Assembly: GCA_965228855.1 (NCBI GenBank)
Contig: CBDDIJ010000003.1
Coordinates: 2,272,001-2,336,000 of the forward strand
Source of the DNA: Candidatus Obscuribacterales bacterium
GTDB taxonomy: Bacteria; Cyanobacteriota; Vampirovibrionia; Obscuribacterales; Obscuribacteraceae
Reading direction: 5' to 3'
DNA: 64,000 bases
Under the pieces are notes generated by a model, which was not told the DNA's origin, did no database searches, and worked only from the letters and a program-made list of their open reading frames with translations. Both the position numbers and the translations under genes were made by a program. Below are positions 28,651 through 38,819 of the stretch, one piece after another; position 1 is the first letter of the stretch; the number at the start of each line of letters is the position of its first letter.

Positions 28651-29256
28651 CTACTTCAACAAATCATTCCGTTTCACTCGATAAACGAAATAAGGAGTCT
28701 TGTCCCAGTGCCAGGGTAGATTTTGGAAGTGCACCCAATTTTTCGGATCAGGTTTTGGAACGTCAGCAAAGTTATAGATGTATGTGATGATTGACGGATT
28801 GTTTTTTGGATCTTCATTGCACCAAACCAGATACCGCGCCATGCTTGGAATGTACTTGCGTCCCCAGCGACCCGGCAAATACTCATAAAAAAGTGTTCGT
28901 CGTTTTTCATGAATGAAATGCTCCTGCTGACTGATCAAATTCATTCGCGGATACTCATAAAGTTTTTGAGTGCCATCCGCAAAGGTGATCACGGATAGCA
29001 TATGAAAGTTCGCTTTTCTCAAACCAGAGAACATCGTCCAGTTTTGTTCGAGACCAAAGAAACCCGCATAACGCCTTACGATCGGAATGAGCCAGGATTC
29101 ATTTCCTGGAAGATGCGAAAACGCAATCGCATTAGCGACGATAAGAAAAGTGACTATTAATCCGGAATAGATTTTCCGATCTCCGCTGCTCAAGGGCCTT
29201 TTCACCGGACCAAATTGGTCGGCACCTGCGACGGAAAAATTTTCGACTTCACCCAT
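28651..29256 (-). CDS. SdpA/DUF5819-like protein (paralog 2)
   Basis: One TM segment; [38 protein letters not shown]. Confidence 0.65.
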   Translation of the reverse strand: MGEVENFSVAGADQFGPVKRPLSSGDRKIYSGLIVTFLIVANAIAFSHLPGNESWLIPIVRRYAGFFGLEQNWTMFSGLRKANFHMLSVITFADGTQKLYEYPRMNLISQQEHFIHEKRRTLFYEYLPGRWGRKYIPSMARYLVWCNEDPKNNPSIITYIYNFADVPKPDPKNWVHFQNLPWHWDKTPYFVYRVKRNDLLK

Positions 29257-29259
29257 ACT

Positions 29260-30237
29260 TCACATACCTGTGCTCTGAGCAGTCGAAGAGAGCGTCGAAG
29301 ATACTGATGTTTTCAGGGTTTTCACACGCATCAGATGGACTAGCGTTTCAAGATCCTCGGCACTAACGAACAAAATTAAGCTTGTGATGAAAAACCATTC
29401 AAACGGTCCAAGCCCGAAACAAAGATCCAGCCCGAGATGAAAAAGAAGTGCCGACAAAAGCATTGCGTATCTGATTCTTTTATTGGGAATCCAGAATACG
29501 AAAATAAAAGACGTCTCCAGCGCTAACGTCGACCAGGTCAGGATTTTCGAGACAGCCGGTAAATCAATAAATGGAGGTATCGCGATCCGAGTGTAGTCCA
29601 AAAGACGCGTTGCGTAATAAACGGCAGATCCATCTCGCCACTGCTCGCCGGCGAATTTATAAATCACGTTTACAAGATAAATCACACAAAGTTGGACTTG
29701 AATTACGCGCTGAGCCCATGGTGCATAGAGCTGGTCTGAGGAAGCCGGGTTAATCAAACAGTCGATGGATAGGCGTTTTCCACAAGGGGCAAAGATGAGA
29801 AACAAGCTGATTATTCTTGCGAAGTTATCTCCACCCATAAGCACGATCGGAAAATGATTGCACAAGGACAGGTAGCAAAGAAATAACATTAATGAACTAA
29901 ATCTGGTGGCAAGCCCAATCGTCACAAAGAATGCCATGAGGGCGGAAAAATATAGGAACCCAATTCGGAAGCCGTCTTCCGAAGGCAAAAGCAAAAGAAG
30001 GTCGAAGGCAGGACCACGATTCCACTCATTTAAATCGATGCTCGACGTAGGGAACACGGCATTGGCGCCAAAGAATAATAAATAATCTCTTCTAAACTGC
30101 ACTAATAAACTGAACAACATCACCGTACCGAAGCCGATCCGGAAGACGCTTACCGGAAGAGCGGATTGGGGATTAAACCAGAAGCTGTTCCATCTCGCGC
30201 AGATCTTCGAGCATAACAGTTTAAAGCGCGCTGTCAT
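29260..30237 (-). CDS. HTTM-domain membrane protein (paralog 2)
   Basis: SVFRIGFG, GLATR, MGGDNFAR, LSID, WAQRVIQVQLC.IY......KFAGEQWRDG. Confidence 0.85.
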   Translation of the reverse strand: MTARFKLLCSKICARWNSFWFNPQSALPVSVFRIGFGTVMLFSLLVQFRRDYLLFFGANAVFPTSSIDLNEWNRGPAFDLLLLLPSEDGFRIGFLYFSALMAFFVTIGLATRFSSLMLFLCYLSLCNHFPIVLMGGDNFARIISLFLIFAPCGKRLSIDCLINPASSDQLYAPWAQRVIQVQLCVIYLVNVIYKFAGEQWRDGSAVYYATRLLDYTRIAIPPFIDLPAVSKILTWSTLALETSFIFVFWIPNKRIRYAMLLSALLFHLGLDLCFGLGPFEWFFITSLILFVSAEDLETLVHLMRVKTLKTSVSSTLSSTAQSTGM

Positions 30238-30836
30238 CTCACACCGCCCCGCGACATCTCATGATGCCTTACAAAAAATGGCAGCTGAACTGTCCGATGA
30301 TCGATCTTACTGAAACTCATGTCCAACTGCTTCGTGTAGGTGGAGAATGATGGAACGTTCATCCCATTAAATGTAGGTTCTACAAGAACTGGCGGATTAT
30401 CGACATTCCAGTTAGCCCTTGCGAGGAACCGAGCCGTATCCGGCCAATATGCCGCATAATGAGGCTCGCTAACTCCGTCGACAACAAACTTGCGAAGCTG
30501 ATTTCTTTCGATGTTAGAGAACGAAAACTTTCGATTCTCCGGCCATTCATACAACTTGATGGAACCGTCTTTGAAGGTGATCAAGCATGTTGCGTATTGA
30601 TTCATTATTCGAATATCGGGACTAAACAAATTCCAGCGTTGCTTCAGCCCGAATAACAAGATAATCGGGTCAACATAAGGTTTCACACGATCTCTAATTT
30701 CGCCGGAGGGCGAAACTTGAATCAATACAATTGAAAAATATGCGACAATAATAAGACTGATAATAATGCGACCGACGCGCTGAATATCAGAGTTTTCCGC
30801 GTTTTGGGAATTATATGTAATGTGATTGTCATCCAC
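30234..30836 (-). CDS. SdpA/DUF5819-like protein (paralog 3)
   Basis: GLKQRWNLFSPD, DGSIKLYEWP, LRKF, ARFLAR. 4-nt overlap with the HTTM gene. Confidence 0.65.
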   Translation of the reverse strand: MDDNHITYNSQNAENSDIQRVGRIIISLIIVAYFSIVLIQVSPSGEIRDRVKPYVDPIILLFGLKQRWNLFSPDIRIMNQYATCLITFKDGSIKLYEWPENRKFSFSNIERNQLRKFVVDGVSEPHYAAYWPDTARFLARANWNVDNPPVLVEPTFNGMNVPSFSTYTKQLDMSFSKIDHRTVQLPFFVRHHEMSRGGVR

Positions 30837-30948
30837 GCGGGATTAAGCCTCAAACACGTTTTTCGTAATGATAAACTGGAAGAAAATCCTTATAGGCACA
30901 CTACCAGACTAGCTTATCATTAAGCGAAGACAAAGGGTTTATAGGAAA

Positions 30949-31629
30949 ATGATGAGCAAAATTCCTGATGATAATTCGCCCAGCGTCGAGAAAGAATTTG
31001 ACTTTGCGGTTGAGAAAGAGCCGCCATCTAATTTCTGGAAACTGGTCGTTTCCGCATTCATGTTCACCTATGTAGCGTCTGTCGTCGTATGGTGTTTCGA
31101 TGACGTACCGTTCAAAAAAGAAATGGCGCCGCTGTCGCACTGGATTAATATTGCAGATGGTGGCGTTCAACATTGGAGTCTCTTTAGTCCGGACGTTCGT
31201 TACGTCATATATCACGAGACCGCGCTTGTTTCGTATAAAGACGGAACTATGAAGCTTTACGAGTTTCCCCGTATGCAAAAACTCAGTAACTGGGAAAAAT
31301 TCAAACACGAAAAATTGCGAAAGCTATTCAGCGATAATATTCCGTGGCCAGGCTACGAATCGTTCCTTCCGAACATCGCCCAGTTTCTTGCCGCAAGCAA
31401 TCAGGATCCGAAGAATCAACCTGCGATGGTTACGATGATCTTTAACTCCACACAAAATCCAAAGCCAGATCCCGATCACTGGAACTATCGTGACAATCTT
31501 CCTTTCCACAACGAGAAATTCGTCACTTTTCTCTACAGCGTGCGCGAAAACGATTTCATAAACGACGCGCAGAACTCCAAGCCCGATACGCATCGGCAAA
31601 GTAACTTACGGGTTCTCGACGCAAAATGA
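30949..31629 (+). CDS. SdpA/DUF5819-like protein (paralog 4)
   Basis: GVQHWSLFSPD, DGTMKLYEFPR, HEKLRKLF.DN, NQDPKNQP. 4-nt overlap with the next gene. Confidence 0.65.
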   Translation: MMSKIPDDNSPSVEKEFDFAVEKEPPSNFWKLVVSAFMFTYVASVVVWCFDDVPFKKEMAPLSHWINIADGGVQHWSLFSPDVRYVIYHETALVSYKDGTMKLYEFPRMQKLSNWEKFKHEKLRKLFSDNIPWPGYESFLPNIAQFLAASNQDPKNQPAMVTMIFNSTQNPKPDPDHWNYRDNLPFHNEKFVTFLYSVRENDFINDAQNSKPDTHRQSNLRVLDAK

Positions 31630-32957
31630 ACGAGCCGAGCAAGAAAGAGAAATTTCTTAAGTGGTGGCAGAGTTTCTTCTTTGAGCCCGCGTCACCTACT
31701 CCAATTGCGTGGTTTCGAATCGCAATAGGAATCGTCACCCTCCAATGCCTCTGTATACACCTTCTTTCCGACTGGTCTCTGTACTTCGGCGATCATCCTC
31801 TGATTACTATAGAAACGATGATCGGAAAATATTGGAGATATGATCCGTATTTTGATCTGATGCTTCTTTTGCCATCTCAAGAAATTTGGCGATGGTATTT
31901 CTTCTGGGCAACAGTCGTATTTGCGACGATGATGACATTCGGTTTATTCACGCGATTCAGTTCTGTAGCGACATTTCTGTGCATGATGTCGTTGCAGCAT
32001 CACTTCTTGATCAATCAGAATTCCGGCGACAACTTCTTGCGCATCGGTCTGCTATTCGTCGCTATGTCGAATGCGGGCGATGCTTTGTCTATAGACAATT
32101 TGCTCAAAGCGACAAGACAAGATTGGCGGAAAGAGGGATTCCGCCCGCCGCTATCTGCTCCATGGGCACAGCGCATGTTGCAGATCCAGCTCTGTATCGC
32201 ATATTTCCATACATTCTGGTGCAAAATCGCCGGTGAGGATTGGAACAACGGAACGGCAGTTTATTATGCCAGCCGCTATGATGACATCATCCGTTTTCCG
32301 CTTCCATATCTATTAGATGATCTGAACGTCATAAAGATTCTTACCTGGGGTACGCTGGTAGTTGAACTTGCACTCTGCACGCTAATCTGGTGGCGCCCGG
32401 TGCGCTACTGGATCATAATTGTAGGCGTGGCGCTTCACCTCGGCATCGAGTACACGATGAACCTGCCGATGTTCGAATGGCTATTTATTTCAAGTTATCT
32501 GCTGTTTATCTATCCTGAACACTACGGCCAGGCAATGGATGCAGTGAAAGCCTGGATCCACAAAAACGTCGCAAAACCAAGCGACCTCGTTTTCGACGGA
32601 AACTGCATCTTCTGTGTGCGCACAGTCGGTCTGATTCATCGCATGGATATTTTCGGTATGGTGCGATTGCACAACTTCAGAGATCTAGGTGACATCGACT
32701 GGAAGACTGAAGTAAATGAGGAACGAGCCGAGAAAGAAATTCTACTGCGCAAGCCTGATGGAAAGTGGCTTGGCGGTTTTGCCGCGTTTCGATACATGGC
32801 TGGTCGAATGCCCTGGCTCATGTTGCTCGCTCCGTTCCTCTATTTGCCTGGAATTGCGCAAATCGGAGATGCCGTATATAAACTCGTGGCAGCAAATCGC
32901 TATGTGCTGCTCGGTGGCAGATGCGACCATAAGACTTGCACCTTGGCGGCGAAATAG
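31626..32957 (+). CDS. HTTM-domain protein fused to a DCC1-like (DUF393) thiol-disulfide oxidoreductase
   Basis: HTTM motifs (AWFRIAIG, NSGDNFLR, WAQRMLQIQLC, K...EDWNNG) plus C-terminal VFDGNCIFC and Y..VA.NRY. Confidence 0.88.
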   Translation: MNEPSKKEKFLKWWQSFFFEPASPTPIAWFRIAIGIVTLQCLCIHLLSDWSLYFGDHPLITIETMIGKYWRYDPYFDLMLLLPSQEIWRWYFFWATVVFATMMTFGLFTRFSSVATFLCMMSLQHHFLINQNSGDNFLRIGLLFVAMSNAGDALSIDNLLKATRQDWRKEGFRPPLSAPWAQRMLQIQLCIAYFHTFWCKIAGEDWNNGTAVYYASRYDDIIRFPLPYLLDDLNVIKILTWGTLVVELALCTLIWWRPVRYWIIIVGVALHLGIEYTMNLPMFEWLFISSYLLFIYPEHYGQAMDAVKAWIHKNVAKPSDLVFDGNCIFCVRTVGLIHRMDIFGMVRLHNFRDLGDIDWKTEVNEERAEKEILLRKPDGKWLGGFAAFRYMAGRMPWLMLLAPFLYLPGIAQIGDAVYKLVAANRYVLLGGRCDHKTCTLAAK

Positions 32958-32965
32958 GAGGGCGG

Positions 32966-33712
32966 ATGGCAAGGATTGCAATAGCATTATTAGTAGCGGT
33001 GCTCTATATCTGGGTCATCATGGTGACGATGCCTTACCGCCGAAACGTCATTCAGCAACAAGATCTTACTGATTACTACGCCACACAAGAGCGTGAATTC
33101 GCATACGCGAAACAGGCGTATGAAACGGAAAAGGCAAAACCCAATCCAAATCAAGAACAGCTCCAACTAGCGCAAGAACGCCTTGCCCTTTACTGCTGGG
33201 AAAAGCGCGACTATGACAGAGCAGTAGAACTGCTGGACGATCTGGCGAAGAAGCGAAAACCCGCAGAAGGAGCGCCTTACAGTGAGAAGTATGTCGATAC
33301 GCTGTTGCGTCTGGCCGGCGTATACCGCGATGTGACCAACTGGAAAGTCGCGGAGATGACTTATCAGGAAGTCATGGATTACGACAAGAAATTCTTTGAA
33401 AACACAGATCCGAACAACGTAAAACTCGCTCGTGATTTGAACAACATGGGCTTGTTCTACTACCTGAAGGGAACCAGCGAGAAAGAAGAAGCTGCCCGCA
33501 GCGCGATTTTGAAGCAGTCTTCGGAGTTTCTGAATCAAGCGATCAAAAAGTATCAGGCAAAGCTCGGACCCGACTCTCAATCCGAGGGGATCGCTTTATG
33601 GAATCTGTATCTGACGGAACGCGACCTTGGTAATGTGAAAGAAGCGGATGCAATTAAAGCCCGAGCAGAAGCGATTGATGCTAAAGCCAATCGCCCTGTA
33701 AAAGCGCCTTAA
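32966..33712 (+). CDS. Membrane-anchored TPR protein
   Basis: GGAGG SD, N-terminal TM segment, TPR-like LAGVYRD...W..AE..Y, ARDLNNMGLFYY. Confidence 0.75.
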   Translation: MARIAIALLVAVLYIWVIMVTMPYRRNVIQQQDLTDYYATQEREFAYAKQAYETEKAKPNPNQEQLQLAQERLALYCWEKRDYDRAVELLDDLAKKRKPAEGAPYSEKYVDTLLRLAGVYRDVTNWKVAEMTYQEVMDYDKKFFENTDPNNVKLARDLNNMGLFYYLKGTSEKEEAARSAILKQSSEFLNQAIKKYQAKLGPDSQSEGIALWNLYLTERDLGNVKEADAIKARAEAIDAKANRPVKAP

Positions 33713-33734
33713 GTTAGTTCGTCCTCTCGCAAAC

Positions 33735-35399
33735 TTAAGGCTTTGGCGCATCCGTTTTCAACTTATAGCAAACAAGAGCGGTTCTGAATCCGTAGTAGTC
33801 GAAGTTCGGCTGCGCATCGCTGTCCGGCCACTCGGCGTAGGCATACTCCTCGTACATGCTGTCGATCGTTTCCAAAACCTTGTGTTCCTTCAAGATGTCC
33901 CCAAGACTTTCGCGCTCGATCATAATCATCTTCGGCTTGACCGTTTTTATATCCGCTATCAAACGCTCATACATCCGAAATTGCAACCCCGTGTACTTTT
34001 CGGCGTTGGCATTATCGCGCTCCATCAACAAGCGCGACATGCGAATCGGGTAACCGGTGAGCAAATATGTCGCTGGTTTGCGATTGAACTGAATCATGAG
34101 CGGATACGCGGGTCTGACCCTGTCGTTCAAAATGAGAACCTTGTCGCCCGGCTTGGATTCTGCCTCGAGGCGAGTCGAGAATGCCGACTCCTCGTTCCAA
34201 AAATATGTTCCTGAGTAACCGTACGCTTCCAGGTTTTTCACATCATCATGATTGGTGGTGCTCATGTATGTGAAACAAACCGCGCCAACTCCGGCGCAGA
34301 CAGCCGCGATAATCGGCGTGAATAGCTTCGCTCCAAGTGCTCTCACATTTACTATCGAGTTGACTGCTACTGAAATCATGAGCGCTAAGGTCAGAAACGA
34401 CCCGTAAACCATAGGAAGCATTTGCGCAAGCATCGACTTCCCGGTAATGACGAAGGTACCGAAGCCGACAATCGAGAAGGCAATAAACAAAGGAATCAGC
34501 GAGCAGCGACGGCGCAAGCCCAGAGCGACAGAAGAGACCAGCATCATGAAATAGACTATGTTGCGATAATCGGGAGTTTTATTAACCCACCACAATCGTT
34601 CATCAAAAGTGACGTAATCACATACCACCATTGGCAGTGCGTAGTTGAAATAGATGTTGGAATAGTCCCTGCTGCAAAAAACAAAATGTAAGAGATAGAG
34701 GAAAATGATTACGAGCGCTGCACGCACTTCCATCGACATTGGCGGAGCAAGCCTATGCTTGGCGGCACAGAAGTATACCTCCATCAACAAAGCTATGATC
34801 AGGAATAAAGGGTCAAGGACAATACCGATACCACCTACGATACCAGCAATTAACGTTAGCTTCGCGTCCTTCGGCTGATTCGTCCAGGAGAGCCAGCGGG
34901 TTATGAGAAACGGGAGATACATCAGGAGAAACAAATGCTCCCGCTGACCAAACTCTCTGATCATGATCAGGTTTAGCAAGACGCAGCCAATGATGAGAGC
35001 CGGCATGTGGGCCTGCTCTCTAGACTTCTGCTGAAACAGGATCAGGGAAATTAGGGCACAAGAACCAACAGCAAGAACGAATACGAAAGTGTGAAATACA
35101 ACTACCGGATGTATGGCTGGAACCAATTTGCAAAACAGCGCGGGAATAGCGCACAGATACATGAGGGACGGGGCCGATACTTCCATGAAATCAATAAACG
35201 GAATTTTTCCGTCGACGATCAGCATTCCGCATTGCAAAGCAAGCGCGGCTTCGGCCGCAATGCGCAATCCAAACATTTGAAGTTGCGCCAACAGTGCGAC
35301 GAAGATAGCGGCAACAACAATTATCGTGTTCGCTCTCGATTGATACGAAGCAATCGTTTTCACTCTAGCTGCTCGTTCCAGTAAAAGCATAGCCCTCAT
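33735..35399 (-). CDS. GT-C-like (ArnT/PMT-type) integral membrane glycosyltransferase homolog, degenerate motifs
   Basis: Paralog of 35396-37039: GKIPFIDFME, EFGQREH, many TM segments, soluble C-terminal domain. Confidence 0.55.
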   Translation of the reverse strand: MRAMLLLERAARVKTIASYQSRANTIIVVAAIFVALLAQLQMFGLRIAAEAALALQCGMLIVDGKIPFIDFMEVSAPSLMYLCAIPALFCKLVPAIHPVVVFHTFVFVLAVGSCALISLILFQQKSREQAHMPALIIGCVLLNLIMIREFGQREHLFLLMYLPFLITRWLSWTNQPKDAKLTLIAGIVGGIGIVLDPLFLIIALLMEVYFCAAKHRLAPPMSMEVRAALVIIFLYLLHFVFCSRDYSNIYFNYALPMVVCDYVTFDERLWWVNKTPDYRNIVYFMMLVSSVALGLRRRCSLIPLFIAFSIVGFGTFVITGKSMLAQMLPMVYGSFLTLALMISVAVNSIVNVRALGAKLFTPIIAAVCAGVGAVCFTYMSTTNHDDVKNLEAYGYSGTYFWNEESAFSTRLEAESKPGDKVLILNDRVRPAYPLMIQFNRKPATYLLTGYPIRMSRLLMERDNANAEKYTGLQFRMYERLIADIKTVKPKMIMIERESLGDILKEHKVLETIDSMYEEYAYAEWPDSDAQPNFDYYGFRTALVCYKLKTDAPKP

Positions 35400-37039
35400 T
35401 TTCCGGGTTTGCGCCGGAAGGTGCGAAAGTTTTCAATCTGCTCGAGTTCATCATAGTCAGCCGACAGGTATTTGGAAACGAATTTGTACGGCTCGTCAAA
35501 ATAGTCCGGTCCCTTTTGCATGAAGATAAATCGCGGTTTGTTTTTCTGAATATCTTCTGCATATTCATTGACGATTCTCGGCATCTGGGAAGACAAATTA
35601 TCGTTGTGCGGCGAATGAGGAAGAATGTCTTTGATGTACGACAGAACCGAAAGAATTACCATATGGAGATGCCTGGAACCCGGCTCGAAGCGGAGCTGAG
35701 TAAGCCATGGATACCCCGGTGATACCGCATTTGACATCACAATCACTTTGTCACCCAGCTTGTATCCATCAAGCACGAGCGACGTGTAAGGCGAGTGAAT
35801 GTCTGCCCAGGGCGACGAACCCTGGTAGCCGATGGTTTTTAAATCGAAGTGCCTGGGGTCTTCGACAACGATCTTATAGTCCTCCTGACCATCGCGGAAT
35901 GCGATACCAAGGGCTGAAACAACTATCAATCCAAGGGTGAATCGATGCGAGATGGAAACTGGAGACTTGGAAAATCTGGTACTGAACTTAGTGACGGCGC
36001 TCTCCAACAGTTTCCAACCAAGAAAAATGAAGTAGCCGACTTCCATCGAGAACAGAATAAACGCACCTGCGTAAACCGGCTGGTCATGGTAGCCCCAGCC
36101 TTTGAATTGGATCAAATATGGAATTATGCTGCCGAACACAAATATCGTAAGAGGCAAAAGAAACGAGCAACGTTTCCTCAATGCCACAGCAAGCAAACAG
36201 GCGACCGTAGTGAGAAAGAATACGTCACGCTTTCCCGGGTCCGAAAACGACGCAGCCAGTGACGTATCCCAGTAGTGATATCCAAGCGCGAATGCAGGAA
36301 CGACGAACTTCCAGTAAGCGTCATTCATCGCTTTTGGAACGAACAGGAAGTGGGCGAGGTAGAGAACGCCGCCGCCAAAGCATGCAATATTCTCGGTCGA
36401 TACGAGCTTCCTCCAGCGCCATTTATCCAGCAGGAAATAAAGTTCCACAAGGAAAACGGGAATCAGAAAGTGCGGCTTAATGCAGATTCCAATTGCGGCC
36501 ATGAATCCGATAGCGGCAGACCAGACTTTCGACTGGACACCGCGTTCTTGCCAACGCAGAGTACGCAAGACCAGATATGGCATGTACAGCAAAACAAAAA
36601 TTTCCTCCCGCTGACCGAAGTCGTAGCGTAAGAAGAAGTTGAACAAAGTCAGTCCTACTAAAAACGGAAGAAAGAAAGGCGCCTCAGCTCGCTTTGCGTG
36701 CCGGAAAAACAGCATCAAGCAAGTGACGACGGAGTAAACGATGAGAACAACGAGGAAGTAGTTGAACGCCAGTGTGACCGGAATATTGAAGAGCTCGGAT
36801 CCGAATGCTGGAATTGTATAGAGATACCAGACCAGGGGAGGATTGGCGTCGCTCATATCCACGTAAGGAATCTTTCCTTGCGTGATCATCTGGGCGATCT
36901 GCAAGTGCAACGCAGGATCCCAGCCGATTCGCAAAGGATGAATAGCGACAGCAAAAGCCAGACGCGCTGTCATGATTGCGACGACAGCAATACAGCAGTA
37001 AAAGAGTCCTTTATCTTCTTTTAGAACGGATTGCTGCAA
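35396..37039 (-). CDS. GT-C-like (ArnT/PMT-type) integral membrane glycosyltransferase
   Basis: First-loop GWDP, GKIPYVDMSDANPPL, DFGQREE, IKPHF, many TM segments, soluble C-terminal domain. Confidence 0.65.
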   Translation of the reverse strand: MQQSVLKEDKGLFYCCIAVVAIMTARLAFAVAIHPLRIGWDPALHLQIAQMITQGKIPYVDMSDANPPLVWYLYTIPAFGSELFNIPVTLAFNYFLVVLIVYSVVTCLMLFFRHAKRAEAPFFLPFLVGLTLFNFFLRYDFGQREEIFVLLYMPYLVLRTLRWQERGVQSKVWSAAIGFMAAIGICIKPHFLIPVFLVELYFLLDKWRWRKLVSTENIACFGGGVLYLAHFLFVPKAMNDAYWKFVVPAFALGYHYWDTSLAASFSDPGKRDVFFLTTVACLLAVALRKRCSFLLPLTIFVFGSIIPYLIQFKGWGYHDQPVYAGAFILFSMEVGYFIFLGWKLLESAVTKFSTRFSKSPVSISHRFTLGLIVVSALGIAFRDGQEDYKIVVEDPRHFDLKTIGYQGSSPWADIHSPYTSLVLDGYKLGDKVIVMSNAVSPGYPWLTQLRFEPGSRHLHMVILSVLSYIKDILPHSPHNDNLSSQMPRIVNEYAEDIQKNKPRFIFMQKGPDYFDEPYKFVSKYLSADYDELEQIENFRTFRRKPGK

Positions 37040-37058
37040 GTGTCCTCACTAGTTCGGA

Positions 37059-37562
37059 CTAATAACCCCACGCACGAAAGAACTGATCGTCGGTCTTCAC
37101 GTTGTGCAAGAGCCACTCTGAGGTTACGCTCTGCGTCTCGTTCTTCACTCGATTGTAGAACTTTAGATTGTTGTACTGATCGACACCCAGGGCTGGACTT
37201 GGCGGAGTTTCAACTCCGGCGAAATAGCGTCGCGCAGCTTCTTTATCCTGGTCGTTCGGAAGGAACTCAGACTTTTTCTTCAACTCCGCTATATGACCGG
37301 GCAGTTTAAAATGAATCCAGTAGTCATAATTACCAGAGACCTCGCCACCACCGGTGAGGTCAGTAACGCTTTCCGGACTGTCCACAAAGTTCTCAGCGAA
37401 TATCTTGGCCGGTTGAACCGTGTAGTTCGAAAATCCAATCTTGTAAATGAAGTATCCGACAAGTCCAATAACAGCCACTGTGAGAAGCGCCATCAACGGT
37501 TTTGCTGCACCCGAGCCACCCTGGTTTGTCATACGAAATCTGTCACTCCGAATCCACTGCAA
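37059..37562 (-). CDS. Hypothetical membrane-anchored protein
   Basis: One N-terminal TM segment, co-oriented in the operon. Start uncertain. Confidence 0.6.
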   Translation of the reverse strand: MQWIRSDRFRMTNQGGSGAAKPLMALLTVAVIGLVGYFIYKIGFSNYTVQPAKIFAENFVDSPESVTDLTGGGEVSGNYDYWIHFKLPGHIAELKKKSEFLPNDQDKEAARRYFAGVETPPSPALGVDQYNNLKFYNRVKNETQSVTSEWLLHNVKTDDQFFRAWGY

Positions 37563-37652
37563 ATCACAACGCTCATGGAGCCTTGCATTCCCAGTTTAGC
37601 AAGAGAGCTTGAGTCTTGCGATGACAAGACCAATATCAGCTGCATTAGTTAG

Positions 37653-38819
37653 CTACGCAATCAAAACATCTCGACATCTTGCATCACGCAGTCGCCAGAT
37701 AGCTGCATCCGAGACGAAGTGATGGAAGTTGATACACGCTTGGATTACGGTAGCGACAAGACCGAACGTCAGACCGAAATACATCATAAAGTGAGGCACG
37801 AAGATGTAGACGAACATTCCGGCGACAATGACGTACGCCCAATATCTCATGGACCGTGGCGAGAACCAGTTTTTAAACACATCCTTCGAAAGCATGCCTT
37901 CCTGCAAGCCTTTCTCTTTGATGTAGAAACCGAGTGAGATCGCCAGGTATTGACTGCCATGGAAGAAATTGGGACCGTACTGCCAGATCATCGAGGACGC
38001 CATGCCCACCGACCAACCGATGGCAGCGACTGTAAGAACCTGACATATCGCGGGAAACGGCATCATCAGTCCTTCACGATGCCACTTTCTGACGACGACA
38101 CCGACGAACAAAGTCGTCATCACGGTGAAGCAGACAATTCCAAGATCATACAGCCAGAGTGGCAGACCCCAGAACGGCACGTCGACGCCCCAGTAGACAT
38201 AGGGACTGTACTCCCGGTGACAGAGTATCCGAGTGATAATCACATAAGACAGCGAGTGCATGAACCATCTAAAGGTTTCGCGCTCGAAGTTGTTCATGAA
38301 ATAGCCGCGCTTATAGCAGTAAATCAGCGCGACTCCGAAGCACTGACCGACGTAGTGTTGGAAAACCCACATCATATGCAGATATACGACGGTGCCGGCA
38401 GCTTCTTTCCAGATGCACGCCATCACAAATAGCGACAGACTGAGCCAGGGCAGATAATACGCGTACAGCCGGAACGTCTTGCGACTCTCCGGGGTAGCAT
38501 AGATCCGCATATAAGTGGCAATCGTATGTGTGTCCGCAAAGATGTGTTGACCGAGAATTCCAGCCATCATCACAATCGTGCCGATGGCGAAAGCTTCTTT
38601 GCTGGTCGAAAGTTGTGTGTCGAGGTTGTTCCAACCGAAAAGGAAGTAGTGAAGCGCGAAAACTCCCCAGAGAGCTCCCCCATAGACGAAGAGGAAGTCG
38701 AACCAGGGATTCACGATCCAGGGATATGGTTTCGCCTTTTCGAGCGGAACCGCCTGGGCTGTCGCTTTTGATTCTTCCGGAGCTGGCACGCCAGCCAGAG
38801 ATATTGTGCTGCTAACCAA
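37653..38819 (-). CDS. His-rich polytopic membrane protein, putative metalloenzyme (paralog 1)
   Basis: FADTH..ATYMRI, W..QHY..Q.FG, FHGSQYL, NFHHF..DAAIWRLRD. Confidence 0.65.
   Translation of the reverse strand: MVSSTISLAGVPAPEESKATAQAVPLEKAKPYPWIVNPWFDFLFVYGGALWGVFALHYFLFGWNNLDTQLSTSKEAFAIGTIVMMAGILGQHIFADTHTIATYMRIYATPESRKTFRLYAYYLPWLSLSLFVMACIWKEAAGTVVYLHMMWVFQHYVGQCFGVALIYCYKRGYFMNNFERETFRWFMHSLSYVIITRILCHREYSPYVYWGVDVPFWGLPLWLYDLGIVCFTVMTTLFVGVVVRKWHREGLMMPFPAICQVLTVAAIGWSVGMASSMIWQYGPNFFHGSQYLAISLGFYIKEKGLQEGMLSKDVFKNWFSPRSMRYWAYVIVAGMFVYIFVPHFMMYFGLTFGLVATVIQACINFHHFVSDAAIWRLRDARCRDVLIA

Noticed and set aside
26728..28719. Val/Leu-rich and DRQDHQ-rich ORFs in alternative frames
   Set aside because: These are frame shadows of the GGY-CCN repeat.
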